A stretch of 64,000 bases of DNA from IMG/VR virus record IMGVR_UViG_3300043438_001221; one strand, 5' to 3'. Position numbers and translations under genes: made by a program. The notes under the pieces are model-generated. The model did not search any database and was not told the DNA's origin. It worked only from the letters and a program-made list of their open reading frames with translations. The stretch's first letter is position 1. Each line of letters starts with the position of its first letter. The DNA comes from a virus. This document shows positions 49,574-58,883 of the stretch, piece by piece.

Positions 49574-49715
49574 ATTTTTCAAGTTCTCTATCTAAACAAT
49601 CAACGCAAAACGTCCTACCCCACTCTTCAACGTGTAATAATTGGTATATATCCACCCCACAATTCGGACACTTATCGTCAAATGTTTCAATTTCGTATAT
49701 GGTGTAATTTTCCAT
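49557..49715 (-). CDS. 52-aa Zn-finger protein not in ORF track
   Basis: MENYTIYEIETFDDKCPNCG...FCVDCLD; 6 nt after the 18-bp element. Confidence 0.6.
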   Translation of the reverse strand: MENYTIYEIETFDDKCPNCGVDIYQLLHVEEWGRTFCVDCLDRELEKYDKHL

Positions 49716-49721
49716 ATGTAA

Positions 49722-49739
49722 ATTGTAATCTAGTTTTTA
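49722..49739 (-). promoter_or_regulatory. TAAAAACTAGAnTAYAAT element, copy 4
   Basis: TAAAAACTAGATTACAAT, 6 nt before ATG. Confidence 0.8.
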
Positions 49740-50045
49740 AAAATCGTCGGCAATATTCATCCTACCAGCCATGAATTCCCCAAATTTCTGAATGAATAGG
49801 TTCTGCATGGCATTATCCTCCATCTTATTGGCGTGAAATGCGATTTCCACAACATTTCCATCCAGATCGTATCCGAAAAGTTTACCACAAGTCATAAATT
49901 CCTGTAAAGTGGCTTTCAGGGCAGCGTTGGATTGATTCTTACCCCCCTTACGATCTTTTTTAATCTTTTGTTTCAGAGAATCCCGAAGAATTTCCAAAAC
50001 CTGATCATCCACGAAGATTTCCTCCGGTTCTTCATCCTTCTTCAT
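49737..50045 (-). CDS. hypothetical protein
   Basis: TAAGTA-5nt-ATG at 50045. Confidence 0.6.
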   Translation of the reverse strand: MKKDEEPEEIFVDDQVLEILRDSLKQKIKKDRKGGKNQSNAALKATLQEFMTCGKLFGYDLDGNVVEIAFHANKMEDNAMQNLFIQKFGEFMAGRMNIADDF

Positions 50046-50373
50046 GATTATACTTAACATAATTTGAGTTAGGATACATTTGCTCCACCCCCTTTTCAAT
50101 CAGAGTAGTGACCACGATTTCCATGCTCTGTGTCTTGAGATTGAAGTTCTTGATGAAGCGATTACCCCCATCATTAAATTCAAACATCACATCCCCCAAA
50201 GCTTCCTTGTTCTGGTAACATGTGATGATCACCGAAGTATTGCTGGGATCAACCATGATCGACCATTTGCGGGGATCGTGTTGGGCATACTTGTCAAACA
50301 GCTTGATGGTGGCGAATCCCGAATCCCTAAGTCTCTTGATGAAATACCCCTGTGTGCTTACGTTGTTCTTCAT
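50032..50373 (-). CDS. hypothetical protein
   Basis: TTGACA and TAAATA-5nt-ATG upstream. Confidence 0.65.
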   Translation of the reverse strand: MKNNVSTQGYFIKRLRDSGFATIKLFDKYAQHDPRKWSIMVDPSNTSVIITCYQNKEALGDVMFEFNDGGNRFIKNFNLKTQSMEIVVTTLIEKGVEQMYPNSNYVKYNHEEG

Positions 50374-50401
50374 GTTATTATTTAACGAAAAATTTTGGAT
50401 G

Positions 50402-50555
50402 TCAAGCTAAGAAATCTTTCATGATTTCGCGGATAATGCGTCTCCCCTCTTCATTTGCAGAATGCACATAGACTTTGATATCACTATCGGGCGACATCTT
50501 TTCCTTCAGATACTTGGCACAGTGGATGCCACACTTGGTTTGGAAATTCTCCCTA
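50402..50555 (-). pseudogene. C-terminal remnant of a cyclic-phosphate-processing receiver-like domain
   Basis: Frame reads KCGIHCAKYL...VYVHSANEEGRRII; N-terminal LDD and DHDL motifs absent. Confidence 0.5.
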
Positions 50556-50804
50556 CACCAGAACACTACCACAGATTGTTGAATGGTTCAAACGATTGTT
50601 AAAATCCGACCATTTGATGGGAGTATCCAATGTCACCCCATCATTCCATCTCCATCCATCAGGATCAAGCAGCCGAATATCCGGCATTGTTTCAAGCCAT
50701 TCGTGAGCGGTCTTCTTGGCGAAGATGCGCTCCCAACCCTCATCATAGGCTTTATTCTGGATGCCAGTCTTTATTGCTTTTCCCGTAATGTCGTTATAGC
50801 TCAC
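50553..50804 (-). CDS. hypothetical protein
   Basis: NDITG..IK...Y..GW.RIF and LDPDGW motifs; likely GTG start at 50804. Confidence 0.55.
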   Translation of the reverse strand: MSYNDITGKAIKTGIQNKAYDEGWERIFAKKTAHEWLETMPDIRLLDPDGWRWNDGVTLDTPIKWSDFNNRLNHSTICGSVLV

Positions 50805-51036
50805 CGTAAATTCCCCTTTCCACCATTTTAGAATATTCCGAAGAATCACAGGGATAGCTATTGAAACAATGATCCCATAACCAAGGCTCCTGTTCTTCCG
50901 ATGGGTTGATTTCCACAATCAGCTTATCATATAGATCATTCTGTTGTTGTTGAAGCTGTTCAATAGCCGCTCGTGTTCCTTCAATCTTGCTCCGATGCTT
51001 TTCCATACCATCTATCGTATTTTGCTCTGTATTCAT
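50794..51036 (-). CDS. hypothetical protein
   Basis: Coupled ORF. Confidence 0.5.
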   Translation of the reverse strand: MNTEQNTIDGMEKHRSKIEGTRAAIEQLQQQQNDLYDKLIVEINPSEEQEPWLWDHCFNSYPCDSSEYSKMVERGIYGEL

Positions 51037-51667
51037 TTATTTTTTCCTTAATTTCTTCCAAATCGGTGCAATAATCCTCCATCTCAGGTATGATATAATA
51101 CCGTTGCGTAACTTCTTGAATAAAGTCAATCAGCTTTTGTTCAGGTGTTGGTCTTTCCGACCGATTCTTCCGCATATTGTCATCCATTTCCTTCCGGCTC
51201 TGTTTAACTTCTTTCAAATAAGCTTCCAATTCCTCGTCCGTTCTCTTGTAAGGAATATCGTGTTTCTCCAATGAGATATCAACAAATTCCCCACCCAAAA
51301 ATCCAACGACCCACTCAATACACCCACAGATAAACCTATGAGCTTCCGGTGTTCCACACTTCACATCATTATCTTCGGGGTGTCGATATGTTTCGTAAAT
51401 ACCGACAACTCCGGTGAAATCATGGGGTTCCCACCATTCCCTTTCAACCACAAATTCCATACCAAAGAATGGAATATTTTGATTTTCCACATAATGTCCT
51501 TCTTCTCTGAAGATTTCCAGCTTCTCTTCAGAATTCACCCTGAAATTCAGCATCAGATTTTCTCCCAAATCCTTGGTTTGAAATATCAGATTCTTCCGAT
51601 CAATCTCTGGTGGAAGATCGGGCAGATCGATGCTCTCGTCTATTGTTAAGCTGTTATACATTCCCAT
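50981..51667 (-). CDS. conserved phage protein (MGMY...FQTKDL family)
   Basis: MGMYN, FQTKDL, FTG motifs; headed by the 18-bp element. Confidence 0.65.
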   Translation of the reverse strand: MGMYNSLTIDESIDLPDLPPEIDRKNLIFQTKDLGENLMLNFRVNSEEKLEIFREEGHYVENQNIPFFGMEFVVEREWWEPHDFTGVVGIYETYRHPEDNDVKCGTPEAHRFICGCIEWVVGFLGGEFVDISLEKHDIPYKRTDEELEAYLKEVKQSRKEMDDNMRKNRSERPTPEQKLIDFIQEVTQRYYIIPEMEDYCTDLEEIKEKINEYRAKYDRWYGKASEQD

Positions 51668-51673
51668 ATTTTT

Positions 51674-51691
51674 ATTATATTCTAGTTTTTA
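51674..51691 (-). promoter_or_regulatory. TAAAAACTAGAnTAYAAT element, copy 5 (contains clamp stop codon)
   Basis: TAAAAACTAGAATATAAT, 6 nt before ATG. Confidence 0.8.
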
Positions 51692-52389
51692 AGACTCGAT
51701 AGGATGTATTCCATCTCAAAATCCCCACTTTTAGTGATGATGCAGCCGACTCCAAGCTTGGAATTGATCTTGAAAATGTTTCCGGTCTTGGATACCTTGG
51801 ACAACAGCTTGAGATTGTCGATCTTCAGAATGAACGATTCCAATTCAAAATCCACTTCATCTCCCACGATGCTCAGAGTATCACTGTTGGGAACAGTCTC
51901 ATCCCCCAGCTTCCACACCAGAGAATCATTCTCCGTGAAGAGATAGAGCTTGTTGGTGTTTGTAATGGATGATTTCTGAAGAACATTGGAAAGAAACTCG
52001 AAATCCAGATCAAATTGGAGATTGTATTCAAAATTACGAATTTTTTCCAGAGACAGCTTCGGTTTGGTGATCACCCCATCCTCATGGAGATGATATTTGA
52101 ACTTCAGGGTCTTGTCCTTATATTCCAGATGATTATTGTTCAGCTTGAGCTTGATATCATCGGAGGAAACCATATCCAAAGCTTTCCAAAGCTTCTTCAA
52201 AGACGGTAGATTGAGATTCTGCTCCTCATACTCTCCTGACAGGTAAGCATGGGCAAACATGGAATTGTCCTCACTGGAGGCAATCCCATGAATACCATCT
52301 TCCCTCAGTTCCAGAACACAAGTGTCATGGATTTGACCGAGGCTTTGGAGTAAGAACTGGAACTCTTTCTTTTTCAGGTTTAGCTGCAT
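51682..52389 (-). CDS. gp45: sliding clamp
   Basis: 235 aa, clamp-like two-domain pattern, K.DNLKLL, terminal EYI; replication cluster. Confidence 0.75.
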   Translation of the reverse strand: MQLNLKKKEFQFLLQSLGQIHDTCVLELREDGIHGIASSEDNSMFAHAYLSGEYEEQNLNLPSLKKLWKALDMVSSDDIKLKLNNNHLEYKDKTLKFKYHLHEDGVITKPKLSLEKIRNFEYNLQFDLDFEFLSNVLQKSSITNTNKLYLFTENDSLVWKLGDETVPNSDTLSIVGDEVDFELESFILKIDNLKLLSKVSKTGNIFKINSKLGVGCIITKSGDFEMEYILSSLKN

Positions 52390-52792
52390 ATTGCTTTTCT
52401 AACATACTATTCTGTTTTGTCAACTTTACAGAAATTTCTTTCAGTAAATTGATGATGATATCCACCTTGGATGGTTCCAGATTCAATTCCAATTGCCCAT
52501 CATCCACTTTTTGGGGCATGGGAGCATATTGGGGAACTTGTGGAAGTGGTTGGGGTGGGATATAAACGGGAACCGCTGTTGATCCCGTTTCACCATAATA
52601 ATGGGTTGGTTGTGCTTGTGGTTGAATACGTTCCCGCTTCTGTTGCTCTTGGTATTCCACAATACCTCGTTTGAGTGTGTTGGTGTTAGTAGCCAATTGT
52701 CCGGGATTTTGAATCATTAATGAATCAATGTTAGAACTCTCCCCCAACAGAGCAGCCATAGTTAAAAATTCTTCTGGTATTTCTGGATTCAT
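52325..52792 (-). CDS. hypothetical Pro/Gln-rich protein
   Basis: Contains DDGQLELNL. Confidence 0.55.
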   Translation of the reverse strand: MNPEIPEEFLTMAALLGESSNIDSLMIQNPGQLATNTNTLKRGIVEYQEQQKRERIQPQAQPTHYYGETGSTAVPVYIPPQPLPQVPQYAPMPQKVDDGQLELNLEPSKVDIIINLLKEISVKLTKQNSMLEKQYAAKPEKERVPVLTPKPRSNP

Positions 52793-52795
52793 ATT

Positions 52796-52835
52796 TTTAA
52801 AAAGGAAACCCTCCCCACCGACTTGATGGGGAGGG
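52796..52835 (-). terminator. rho-independent terminator after gp32
   Basis: CCCTCCCCA/TGGGGAGGG stem followed by TTTCCTTTTT on the minus strand. Confidence 0.75.
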
Positions 52836-52842
52836 AATCAGG

Positions 52843-53754
52843 TTAATCATCAAGTCCGGCAAGGAGTTCGTCAATGTCGTCGTCCTGCTTTTCCACTTTC
52901 TTGGATTTTGCCGCTGGTTTCTTTTCTTCGTGAACCATCGGAATATCATCATCGTCGTCTTCAACCTTAGCCGCTTCCTGCTTGGCTTTAGCAAGGGGCT
53001 TGCGTTCTTCCTTTTCCTCCCCAACAAAGAAGTGTTCATTGAGAACGTCCTGAAGCTCATCATAAGTCTTCACGGAATAAACCGCTTCCAGATCATGGAT
53101 TTCCGAACAAATCTTTTCGATCTCTTCTTCATCCAGAGTAGTCTTGGACTTGGTGGTGATAAGCGAAGATTCAAACGTGGTATATTCCCCCTTCTTCTCT
53201 GCCACAATCTTGAAATCATGTCCCTTGGTAGGATCAAAGATGTCCCAACCAAGTTCATCGGCACGATTACCTTCCGTAGCTTCGTCAATGATCTTCTTGA
53301 GTTGTGGCCCCATGCGAAGAATCTTCACAGTGCCGTTGTTCTCTGGCTTTGCAGGATCGTTGATCACATAGACATTCACAAGCCATTGCTCCTTTTGGGA
53401 GATTTCCGCACTATAGTCCTTGTTCTCAGCCTTGGGATTTTGTTCCTTCCAGCTTTTGAAAAGCTTCCACCGAAGCTCCGAAATCGGATCACGATCTCCC
53501 ATGGTTTGAAGACCAAGAAAGCTCATGTATTTACCGCTTGCCTTGCTGGTGAATCCATGCACCCAATGATGGAACAGACTCTTCTCAGGGTCTTCCACGT
53601 TGGGGATCAACCTAAGCGTGTAGGTGTTTCCTGCGGGAAAGCTCATGATATTGGAGAATTGACCTCCCGATGAATCGTTGCTCTTGTTTAATGCCGCTTT
53701 GATCGAATCGAACATAGCTGCTCCGAATTTTGTTTTTTGTTTTGTTGTACTCAT
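52843..53754 (-). CDS. gp32: single-stranded DNA-binding protein
   Basis: LRLIP, DPI, NVYVINDP..PENNG.VKI, FDP..G.DF, acidic tail. Confidence 0.92.
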   Translation of the reverse strand: MSTTKQKTKFGAAMFDSIKAALNKSNDSSGGQFSNIMSFPAGNTYTLRLIPNVEDPEKSLFHHWVHGFTSKASGKYMSFLGLQTMGDRDPISELRWKLFKSWKEQNPKAENKDYSAEISQKEQWLVNVYVINDPAKPENNGTVKILRMGPQLKKIIDEATEGNRADELGWDIFDPTKGHDFKIVAEKKGEYTTFESSLITTKSKTTLDEEEIEKICSEIHDLEAVYSVKTYDELQDVLNEHFFVGEEKEERKPLAKAKQEAAKVEDDDDDIPMVHEEKKPAAKSKKVEKQDDDIDELLAGLDD

Positions 53755-53757
53755 ATT

Positions 53758-54144
53758 TTAGTTATTTTGTTTGTTTTGTTGAGAATTAATTTTAATTTCG
53801 ATTGGTTTAAGAGAATGTCCAACAATATCAACCATGATTCTGTTGAATGTGTCTTCACTGTATTTCCCATCATATAGATCACTACCTCTTGTCCATGTCT
53901 CACCAACGAGAGGTTTTCTAGCTGAAGATGTGCAGCCTAAATAACTATCACCGTTTTCTTTCAACATTTTGGCATTGATAGAAAATTCAGTTTCATCTGT
54001 AAATAATTTTAACGTTACCGACTCTTCATTTACCAAAGCAAAAATGTTTTCATATCCAAATTTCATTTGGGAAAACCACTTTTTCAAGTCGGTGTATTCA
54101 TTCGGAAGGTCGTCTAATAATAATTTTTGTCTATCGTCTTTCAT
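53758..54144 (-). CDS. conserved phage hypothetical protein
   Basis: YLGC...RKP..GE.W.RG.DL.DG motif. Confidence 0.6.
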   Translation of the reverse strand: MKDDRQKLLLDDLPNEYTDLKKWFSQMKFGYENIFALVNEESVTLKLFTDETEFSINAKMLKENGDSYLGCTSSARKPLVGETWTRGSDLYDGKYSEDTFNRIMVDIVGHSLKPIEIKINSQQNKQNN

Positions 54145-54770
54145 GTTAATCGTGTTTGTATTTTTGTTATCGCAAGTTTTCCAAAATCCTTCATTTTTTT
54201 ACTGAGAAAGTATTTATTCCTTGTCTTCTGGAATGTAATCCAAAAATCAGAGAATATAAAATCCAGAATCCGATTCTCTACCTCGATTTTTGAAACACCC
54301 AATGCGTGAAGACAATACATGTTAATGTGATGGTTCTTTAAATGGTCAATCATGCAAGGTAGCGACTCCTCAGTATATAAGGGATATTCTTCCAAAGTCA
54401 AGCCCTTTTCTTTGCAGAAATTTTTAACAAATTTGAGACTATCCGCCAAACGCTTGAGAGAGCTTTCGGAATCGGGATCATCCATCTCAATCTTCTTCAT
54501 GTATTGGCTATAAGCTTTTTTAGCCTTGGATGTGAGAAAGAATTCCAGATCGAAGTAATCATCATCTTCAAAAATTGCGTAAGGGGCAGTGAAGTAATCA
54601 TCAATTCTAATATTTTGATAGCTGTTGAAGAATCTTTCCAAAGATGTAAGACGATCTAACTTGGTTTGATCCATATTGGAGAAATCCTTGCGGATACGAA
54701 ATGGTTTATCGCGCATCTTACGAGAGATGGCGAGATGGGAGTTATATATTCTTTTTTGAAAGTCGGTCAT
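54141..54770 (-). CDS. hypothetical replication-cluster protein
   Basis: 209 aa upstream of gp32 (position held by gp59 in T4; homology not established). Confidence 0.6.
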   Translation of the reverse strand: MTDFQKRIYNSHLAISRKMRDKPFRIRKDFSNMDQTKLDRLTSLERFFNSYQNIRIDDYFTAPYAIFEDDDYFDLEFFLTSKAKKAYSQYMKKIEMDDPDSESSLKRLADSLKFVKNFCKEKGLTLEEYPLYTEESLPCMIDHLKNHHINMYCLHALGVSKIEVENRILDFIFSDFWITFQKTRNKYFLSKKMKDFGKLAITKIQTRLT

Positions 54771-54898
54771 CAGTCTAATATACTACTAACCATAAATTGT
54801 TTCAATCCTCTCGGTAATCCGACAATCAACCAAAATGGCCAAGTTATGATAAACACCACCCAACAAACAATACCCAACATTTTTATACAGATATTCAT
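54770..54898 (-). CDS. 42-aa membrane peptide not in ORF track
   Basis: MNICIKMLGIVCWVVFIITWPFWLIVGLP...; ATGA and TGATG coupling on both sides. Confidence 0.55.
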   Translation of the reverse strand: MNICIKMLGIVCWVVFIITWPFWLIVGLPRGLKQFMVSSILD

Positions 54899-55194
54899 CG
54901 CCTGTTCTTCTCTTGATTCTCCCTAATCTTCCTAGCTCTCTCCAATGCCCTCTCAGCAGCCCGTTCGTATTGTTCCGCTGTGGGAAATCCAGCTATTTGT
55001 CCAATGCCAACATCTTCGTATTCTGTCAATTCTCTAATAATTTTACCATCCGATCTCACCATTCTCAGATGTGGTCGTGGTAAATCCTCTTTCCTCCCAT
55101 CCATGTAACCGTCACAATACGATTTGATTTCATTTTTGATGAAAGAGTTCCAATCATTTAGACATGGACATTGTATTGAGTAGGTGTATTTCAC
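54895..55194 (-). CDS. hypothetical protein
   Basis: Coupled ORF. Confidence 0.55.
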   Translation of the reverse strand: MKYTYSIQCPCLNDWNSFIKNEIKSYCDGYMDGRKEDLPRPHLRMVRSDGKIIRELTEYEDVGIGQIAGFPTAEQYERAAERALERARKIRENQEKNRR

Positions 55195-55475
55195 TTCTTT
55201 TTCTTTTTTTGTTCTTCCCTCACGTAACGTGTAACAAATTTTGATTTACAAAGCGTGTTGTCTTGCTCTAGGAAAACCTTAACAAGTTCCTGATCAGAGT
55301 CAAGAGACAATATCGTTTTCAGGATCGTTTTCAGCTTCTCCTCTTGGAGAGTGGTCACGAAAACGTTCTGGATGGACAATTTCTTACCCTTGAGATGGTT
55401 CACGAAGGAACAGTAGCAAAGGAATAGGTGGTCACTCTCGCTGGAAATTATTTCTGAAGAAGGATCAAAATTCAT
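55191..55475 (-). CDS. hypothetical protein
   Basis: Coupled ORF. Confidence 0.6.
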   Translation of the reverse strand: MNFDPSSEIISSESDHLFLCYCSFVNHLKGKKLSIQNVFVTTLQEEKLKTILKTILSLDSDQELVKVFLEQDNTLCKSKFVTRYVREEQKKKKK

Positions 55476-55477
55476 AA

Positions 55478-56182
55478 TTAAAATGTGTTGATGGAATATT
55501 CCTTAAAATTGGGAATCTGTTTTGTATCGTGTTCATATTTGAACCATTGTTCATCAAATCTTGCAGGGTTCATCTTTCCAAACATCCAAAAGTTATCAAG
55601 AATTACAGCTACATTGGAATGTCCTCTAGAAATACTCATATCTATATTTGCTGATTTAAATACAATATTTGTCGGGCTTTCGAAAAGCGAATTCCACTTG
55701 TTCATAAATTCTCGCTCATATAATTTGGATATATTTGAGTTATGGGCGAAATATACCACAAATTTATCATTGAAGGCGGTTTCATATGCAGCAATTGTTA
55801 AAAGTAATACGGTTGCGCCGAATTGTCTTTCACCATCTATATGTCCCCCATTTTTAATCATGGAATACGTCCGTTTTTGATTATCGTTGATAGAGAATTT
55901 ATTGAATTGTTTAAAGAATTTATAGAATTTATCATCTTCCGATTCTTCGGGGGCGTAGAACTCCCCAAGATACACCGATCCTTCCAAGGGATAATCATCG
56001 TTCCACGCCAAAAACAGCATACCAACCAACCTTCGCACATTATCCCAATCCTTTGGCTGTTTTTCGGTAGATTGTAGATTACCATTAACATTGGATACAT
56101 ATGAGACGAATCGCAATTCCTCTCCCATAACCTTGTTCTTATTATATTTCTCGTTTATGTGTTGAATTTCGTATAATTTCAT
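55478..56182 (-). CDS. hypothetical protein with degenerate terminase-ATPase-like domain
   Basis: GERQFGATVLL...SRG....VILDN; likely start MKLYE. Confidence 0.5.
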   Translation of the reverse strand: MKLYEIQHINEKYNKNKVMGEELRFVSYVSNVNGNLQSTEKQPKDWDNVRRLVGMLFLAWNDDYPLEGSVYLGEFYAPEESEDDKFYKFFKQFNKFSINDNQKRTYSMIKNGGHIDGERQFGATVLLLTIAAYETAFNDKFVVYFAHNSNISKLYEREFMNKWNSLFESPTNIVFKSANIDMSISRGHSNVAVILDNFWMFGKMNPARFDEQWFKYEHDTKQIPNFKEYSINTF

Positions 56183-56183
56183 A

Positions 56184-56666
56184 TTATTCTGGATTTCCAA
56201 AGTTGATTTCTCGTTTCTCCCCGCACTCATCAAACCAATGAAGATTTTCGAGTTTTAGATATTTATAAAATGCTCCTTGGGGACGCATCTTCCGCTTTCT
56301 GGCGCAATACAGCAGACAACCATCGTCTCCCGCATCAATCAGCGATTGTTCCAGCAGATTCCAATCATCAAGCTCCTCGCAATCACCGCAAGCCCACCAG
56401 AAAAAGTCATTACAATTGATAAAGCATGTCACCTTATCGTCTTCCAAGGTAAGATAACGATAATCTTCCACTTTCTCCAATAGAGTTCTCTGATTATCTT
56501 CCAGAGAGTAGAACCATTTTTCAAAAGCCACTACGTTGTCTAGAATTTTGGAGAAACATGCATTCCACCCCTCCTGCCACTCTGTTCGTTCAGTGGTGAC
56601 ACCATCTTTTGTGATGGATTGGGGGTAGATGCCGATGCTATCCAGTGCTATTTCGTAAAAGTTCAT
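56184..56666 (-). CDS. conserved phage hypothetical protein
   Basis: NCNDFFWWACGDCE...KRKMRPQ motif. Confidence 0.6.
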   Translation of the reverse strand: MNFYEIALDSIGIYPQSITKDGVTTERTEWQEGWNACFSKILDNVVAFEKWFYSLEDNQRTLLEKVEDYRYLTLEDDKVTCFINCNDFFWWACGDCEELDDWNLLEQSLIDAGDDGCLLYCARKRKMRPQGAFYKYLKLENLHWFDECGEKREINFGNPE

Positions 56667-57034
56667 CCTGTTATTTTTCTAATGTTTTGACAAACAATCC
56701 TTAAAAAACTTTTAATTGGTTTGTTTTTAAATGTTTCAATTGGCCATCCAAGCCTATCTTTCTTCCACCAACTCAAATGATCAAAATTTAATGTTACTGG
56801 TTCAGAAATACTTTCAGCATAATATTTATTTTCTGGAAATTCTGGGCGTTTTAACAATTTGTCTTCACTTTCATAGAAGTATCCATGTTTTCTCAATAAT
56901 TTCTCCAACTCCCGCTCGTTATATGTTTCAGCTTTAAAATTACCATAATAAAATATTTTACCTATCAAGGAAGCAATCTCCTCAAAATCTTTTTGTTCTT
57001 CTGTATTCATAATTTTATCATTACTTGTTGCCAA
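56663..57034 (-). CDS. hypothetical protein
   Basis: Coupled ORF. Confidence 0.5.
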   Translation of the reverse strand: MATSNDKIMNTEEQKDFEEIASLIGKIFYYGNFKAETYNERELEKLLRKHGYFYESEDKLLKRPEFPENKYYAESISEPVTLNFDHLSWWKKDRLGWPIETFKNKPIKSFLRIVCQNIRKITG

Positions 57035-57315
57035 GACGGTGCATCATTCCAATGCTGCTCATTGTTGGTGATGGTAATACCTTCCTGATCTTTCCACCAA
57101 AAAATACGATCAGGATGCTTTTCAATTTTCCATTCATATTTGTTACACTCTTCCACAATCGGAAAAATCTCATCAATATTATAAAATCGGGAATACCACA
57201 AAGCATACCCATCTCCTCCCGCAGAAATAACCTCATTTAGAATCCAATTCAACAGATTCTTGAGGTGTTCTTTGTTTTGATCATCTATGTTACTATAATC
57301 ACTCATGTTTTTCAA
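57007..57315 (-). CDS. hypothetical protein
   Basis: Coupled ORF. Confidence 0.55.
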   Translation of the reverse strand: MKNMSDYSNIDDQNKEHLKNLLNWILNEVISAGGDGYALWYSRFYNIDEIFPIVEECNKYEWKIEKHPDRIFWWKDQEGITITNNEQHWNDAPSWQQVMIKL

Positions 57316-57734
57316 CTCATCACCATCAAATGATGGTATTTTATTTTATCTTCGGAATTTAAAATAATCAATCCGGCTCGTCCTGACATTATAGGTAGAT
57401 ATGGAAACATATCATAGTAAAATAATCGATCACCATCTTGATATGATTCAACCATTTTGATGTATGGTGTGGTGTAACAATCAACCAAATCCGGTCTATC
57501 CACCCAATCTGATCTTTTATTTTCAGATAGGATAATACTTTTCATAGTCTCTTCTAAATTTTCAGATTTGGGAAATTCAAACTCTGTTCTGAGAGATTTC
57601 TTCAAAATATAACTTTTTTCACCTTTGGTGTTTTCATAAACATCATCGTAAATGGTTTCCATTTCATGATTGGGGAAATCATGAACGTAATTGTGATAAT
57701 CTGCTTTTAAAAATTCTATTAAGTCTTTTTTCAT
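57312..57734 (-). CDS. hypothetical protein
   Basis: Coupled ORF. Confidence 0.55.
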   Translation of the reverse strand: MKKDLIEFLKADYHNYVHDFPNHEMETIYDDVYENTKGEKSYILKKSLRTEFEFPKSENLEETMKSIILSENKRSDWVDRPDLVDCYTTPYIKMVESYQDGDRLFYYDMFPYLPIMSGRAGLIILNSEDKIKYHHLMVMS

Positions 57735-58585
57735 ATCTCCGTAAGTGTTTCGCTAAATTTCAAAAATTCTTTGGTGATTTTTCCACCAGCAGCCCATTCG
57801 CCGCCACCACCGTCACATAGATTAGCAGCCATTTTCGCAATGTCAACCTCCGATTCTTTGTATTTGCGAAAAGATACGAATTGTGTATCAGCATTCATGA
57901 CGATCACAGCGTCTCCTTGGTAATTTTCCATGATGGCATGGGATAATTCGTTCACCGAGAACTTGGAAATGGTGGAAATGACCTTGAATCCTTCCCATTC
58001 TCCCGAATATAGGGTGATTTCTTCCAATTCCTTCTCCAATTCCTCAAAAAAGCTATCAGCAAGCTTAATTTCCGTGATTGTGAATCCATCCACTCCGTTC
58101 CAAAAACGATTTACGAAGTTAATGAAGCGATTTCCTCCTGATTTACGATAAAGAGCATTGAGATACTTGGTTTCTTCGTGTTTCAGATCATAAGAATTGT
58201 AATCATCCACATAAAGGAAGAATTTCTTCAAATCCTTAGTAAATTCCACCTTTTCCTTGAATTTTTTGTATAACATCTTGGTGCAAGATGAACATTCTTC
58301 CTGAATCTTGGTGGAGTCCCACACTTTGAAGTCGTCAGGACGATCTGAAACGAACACAACACGATGGTCATCAATCTTTTTGATTAGATTTTGATCAAGA
58401 ACCATGCCAACAATGAAGATTTTATCGTAATCCTCTGCGTTTTCCTTAGCCCAAGGTAGATATTGCTCCTCAAATTTGCCGAAGAAACAGTGACGATACT
58501 CAAAATTCTTAAATAAATTGCCTAAAAGGACGGTAGAACCTATACCATCCAAATCTGAGTTGACCCAAGCGAAAATTTTCGACAT
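57731..58585 (-). CDS. DHH/DHHA1-family protein with degenerate catalytic motifs
   Basis: NSDLDG, VSFR, GGGGEWAAGG; DHH motif reads SDR; likely start MSKIF. Confidence 0.7.
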   Translation of the reverse strand: MSKIFAWVNSDLDGIGSTVLLGNLFKNFEYRHCFFGKFEEQYLPWAKENAEDYDKIFIVGMVLDQNLIKKIDDHRVVFVSDRPDDFKVWDSTKIQEECSSCTKMLYKKFKEKVEFTKDLKKFFLYVDDYNSYDLKHEETKYLNALYRKSGGNRFINFVNRFWNGVDGFTITEIKLADSFFEELEKELEEITLYSGEWEGFKVISTISKFSVNELSHAIMENYQGDAVIVMNADTQFVSFRKYKESEVDIAKMAANLCDGGGGEWAAGGKITKEFLKFSETLTEI

Positions 58586-58661
58586 ACTATAATTAGTATT
58601 ATCGAAAGATTTGTCAAGTTTTGATCCCATATAGGAATCTTAACATAAAATCAGATAATAT

Positions 58662-58883
58662 CTATCCAATATATTGAACTTCATGAATTAGATATGTGGT
58701 TCCTCTATATTTTTGTTCAGCCCATGTTACCCATTGTTCTGCCTTTTCTTCCGTATCCGATATAACATGAATATCATGGGAACCATCGATTACTACAAAT
58801 TTAGTAGGCACTTTTTTTACTCCAAATTCTTCACGATTTTCCATTAGAATTTTACCTATTTCAAGTTGATCTTTTTTAGTCAT
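58662..58883 (-). CDS. hypothetical protein
   Basis: AT-rich small ORF. Confidence 0.5.
   Translation of the reverse strand: MTKKDQLEIGKILMENREEFGVKKVPTKFVVIDGSHDIHVISDTEEKAEQWVTWAEQKYRGTTYLIHEVQYIG

Noticed and set aside
52930-53673. 247-aa plus-strand ORF
   Set aside because: Antisense shadow of gp32
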